A stretch of DNA of 63,632 nt, filler included, from Octopus bimaculoides (lineage: Eukaryota), in assembly GCF_001194135.2 (NCBI RefSeq). It is 5 parts of 5 records of this genome, joined end to end, with 100 filler letters (N's around TTAATTAATTAA, not from the genome) between each part and the next. Parts side by side here need not be neighbours in the genome. Positions count along the whole stretch, not along the records: positions 62,353 to 63,632 come from NW_026394497.1; 4 more parts are not named here. The stretch is one strand, 5' to 3'. The notes beneath the pieces are model-generated. The model saw only the letters and a list, made by a program, of their open reading frames with translations, ran no database searches and was not told where the DNA came from. A program made the position numbers and the translations under genes. Below are positions 63,155 to 63,632 of the stretch, piece by piece; position 1 is the stretch's first letter; each line of letters opens with the position of its first letter.

Positions 63155-63632
63155 TACATACATGCATACATACATACATATATACATATAAAAATACCGT
63201 TACTGATGTTGAAATTCCAGTGAAGGAACCTTGGATCTAGGTTAGAAACCGGTTCTTTCTCTATTGGCAAGAAATCTTGAAATAAACTCAATAATGATAT
63301 ACATACATACATACACACATACATACATACATACATACATACATACATACATACATACGTACGTACGTACATACATGCATACATACATACATACGTACAT
63401 ACATACATACATACATACATGAATACATACACACACATACATACATACATACATACACACATACATACATACATACATACGTACATACATACATACATAC
63501 AAACATACATACATACATGTGTGTGCAGTGGAAGATTTGGAGGAATTGGTTGGCTCTGTAGGCTAGAATAGAGGACACTTGCCCAAGCTGCCATGCAGTA
63601 GAACGGAACCCCAAAACCATGCGACTACGAAG

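Noticed and set aside
63205-63262. Hammerhead-like geometry (AACCT/AGGTT stem, GAAA, AACCGGTT palindrome); sibling at 34885-34945
   Set aside because: The core is CCAGTGA or CCAAAGA rather than CUGANGA and stem I does not pair; at best a dead relic.
23269-63620. Many long ORFs in the track (poly-X; YIYI, CMYV, HTH and LSIY repeats)
   Set aside because: They arise from N runs and microsatellites and have no coding signal.

Overview
AT-rich, repeat-dense eukaryotic DNA with many N gaps. I recognise the SINE and other repeat families as octopus-like; this is from memory of the families, not a database search. No intact host protein-coding gene is supported. The window is a mosaic of decayed transposable elements: Tc1/mariner (several), hAT, Ty3/Gypsy, Tx1/L1-like, RTE, CR1-like, R4/Dong-like and Penelope-like (PLE) elements, three abundant SINE families and many microsatellites. 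It also holds a 37-codon serine hydroxymethyltransferase (SHMT)-like fragment. Four 100-bp N44-TTAATTAATTAA-N44 spacers indicate that at least five scaffolds were concatenated, so adjacency across them is not evidence. Most interesting signals: (i) several PLE-type minimal hammerhead ribozyme motifs, including variants with a non-canonical core that share GAAACTCTGAGTA and one head-to-head palindromic pair; (ii) an RTE LINE ORF ending in three tandem C2H2 zinc fingers; (iii) a covarying 3' hairpin shared by CR1-like LINE ends and a CORE-type SINE; (iv) a TSD-bounded, 5'-inverted Tx1 insertion. Most long ORFs in the supplied track are artefacts of N runs or microsatellites.
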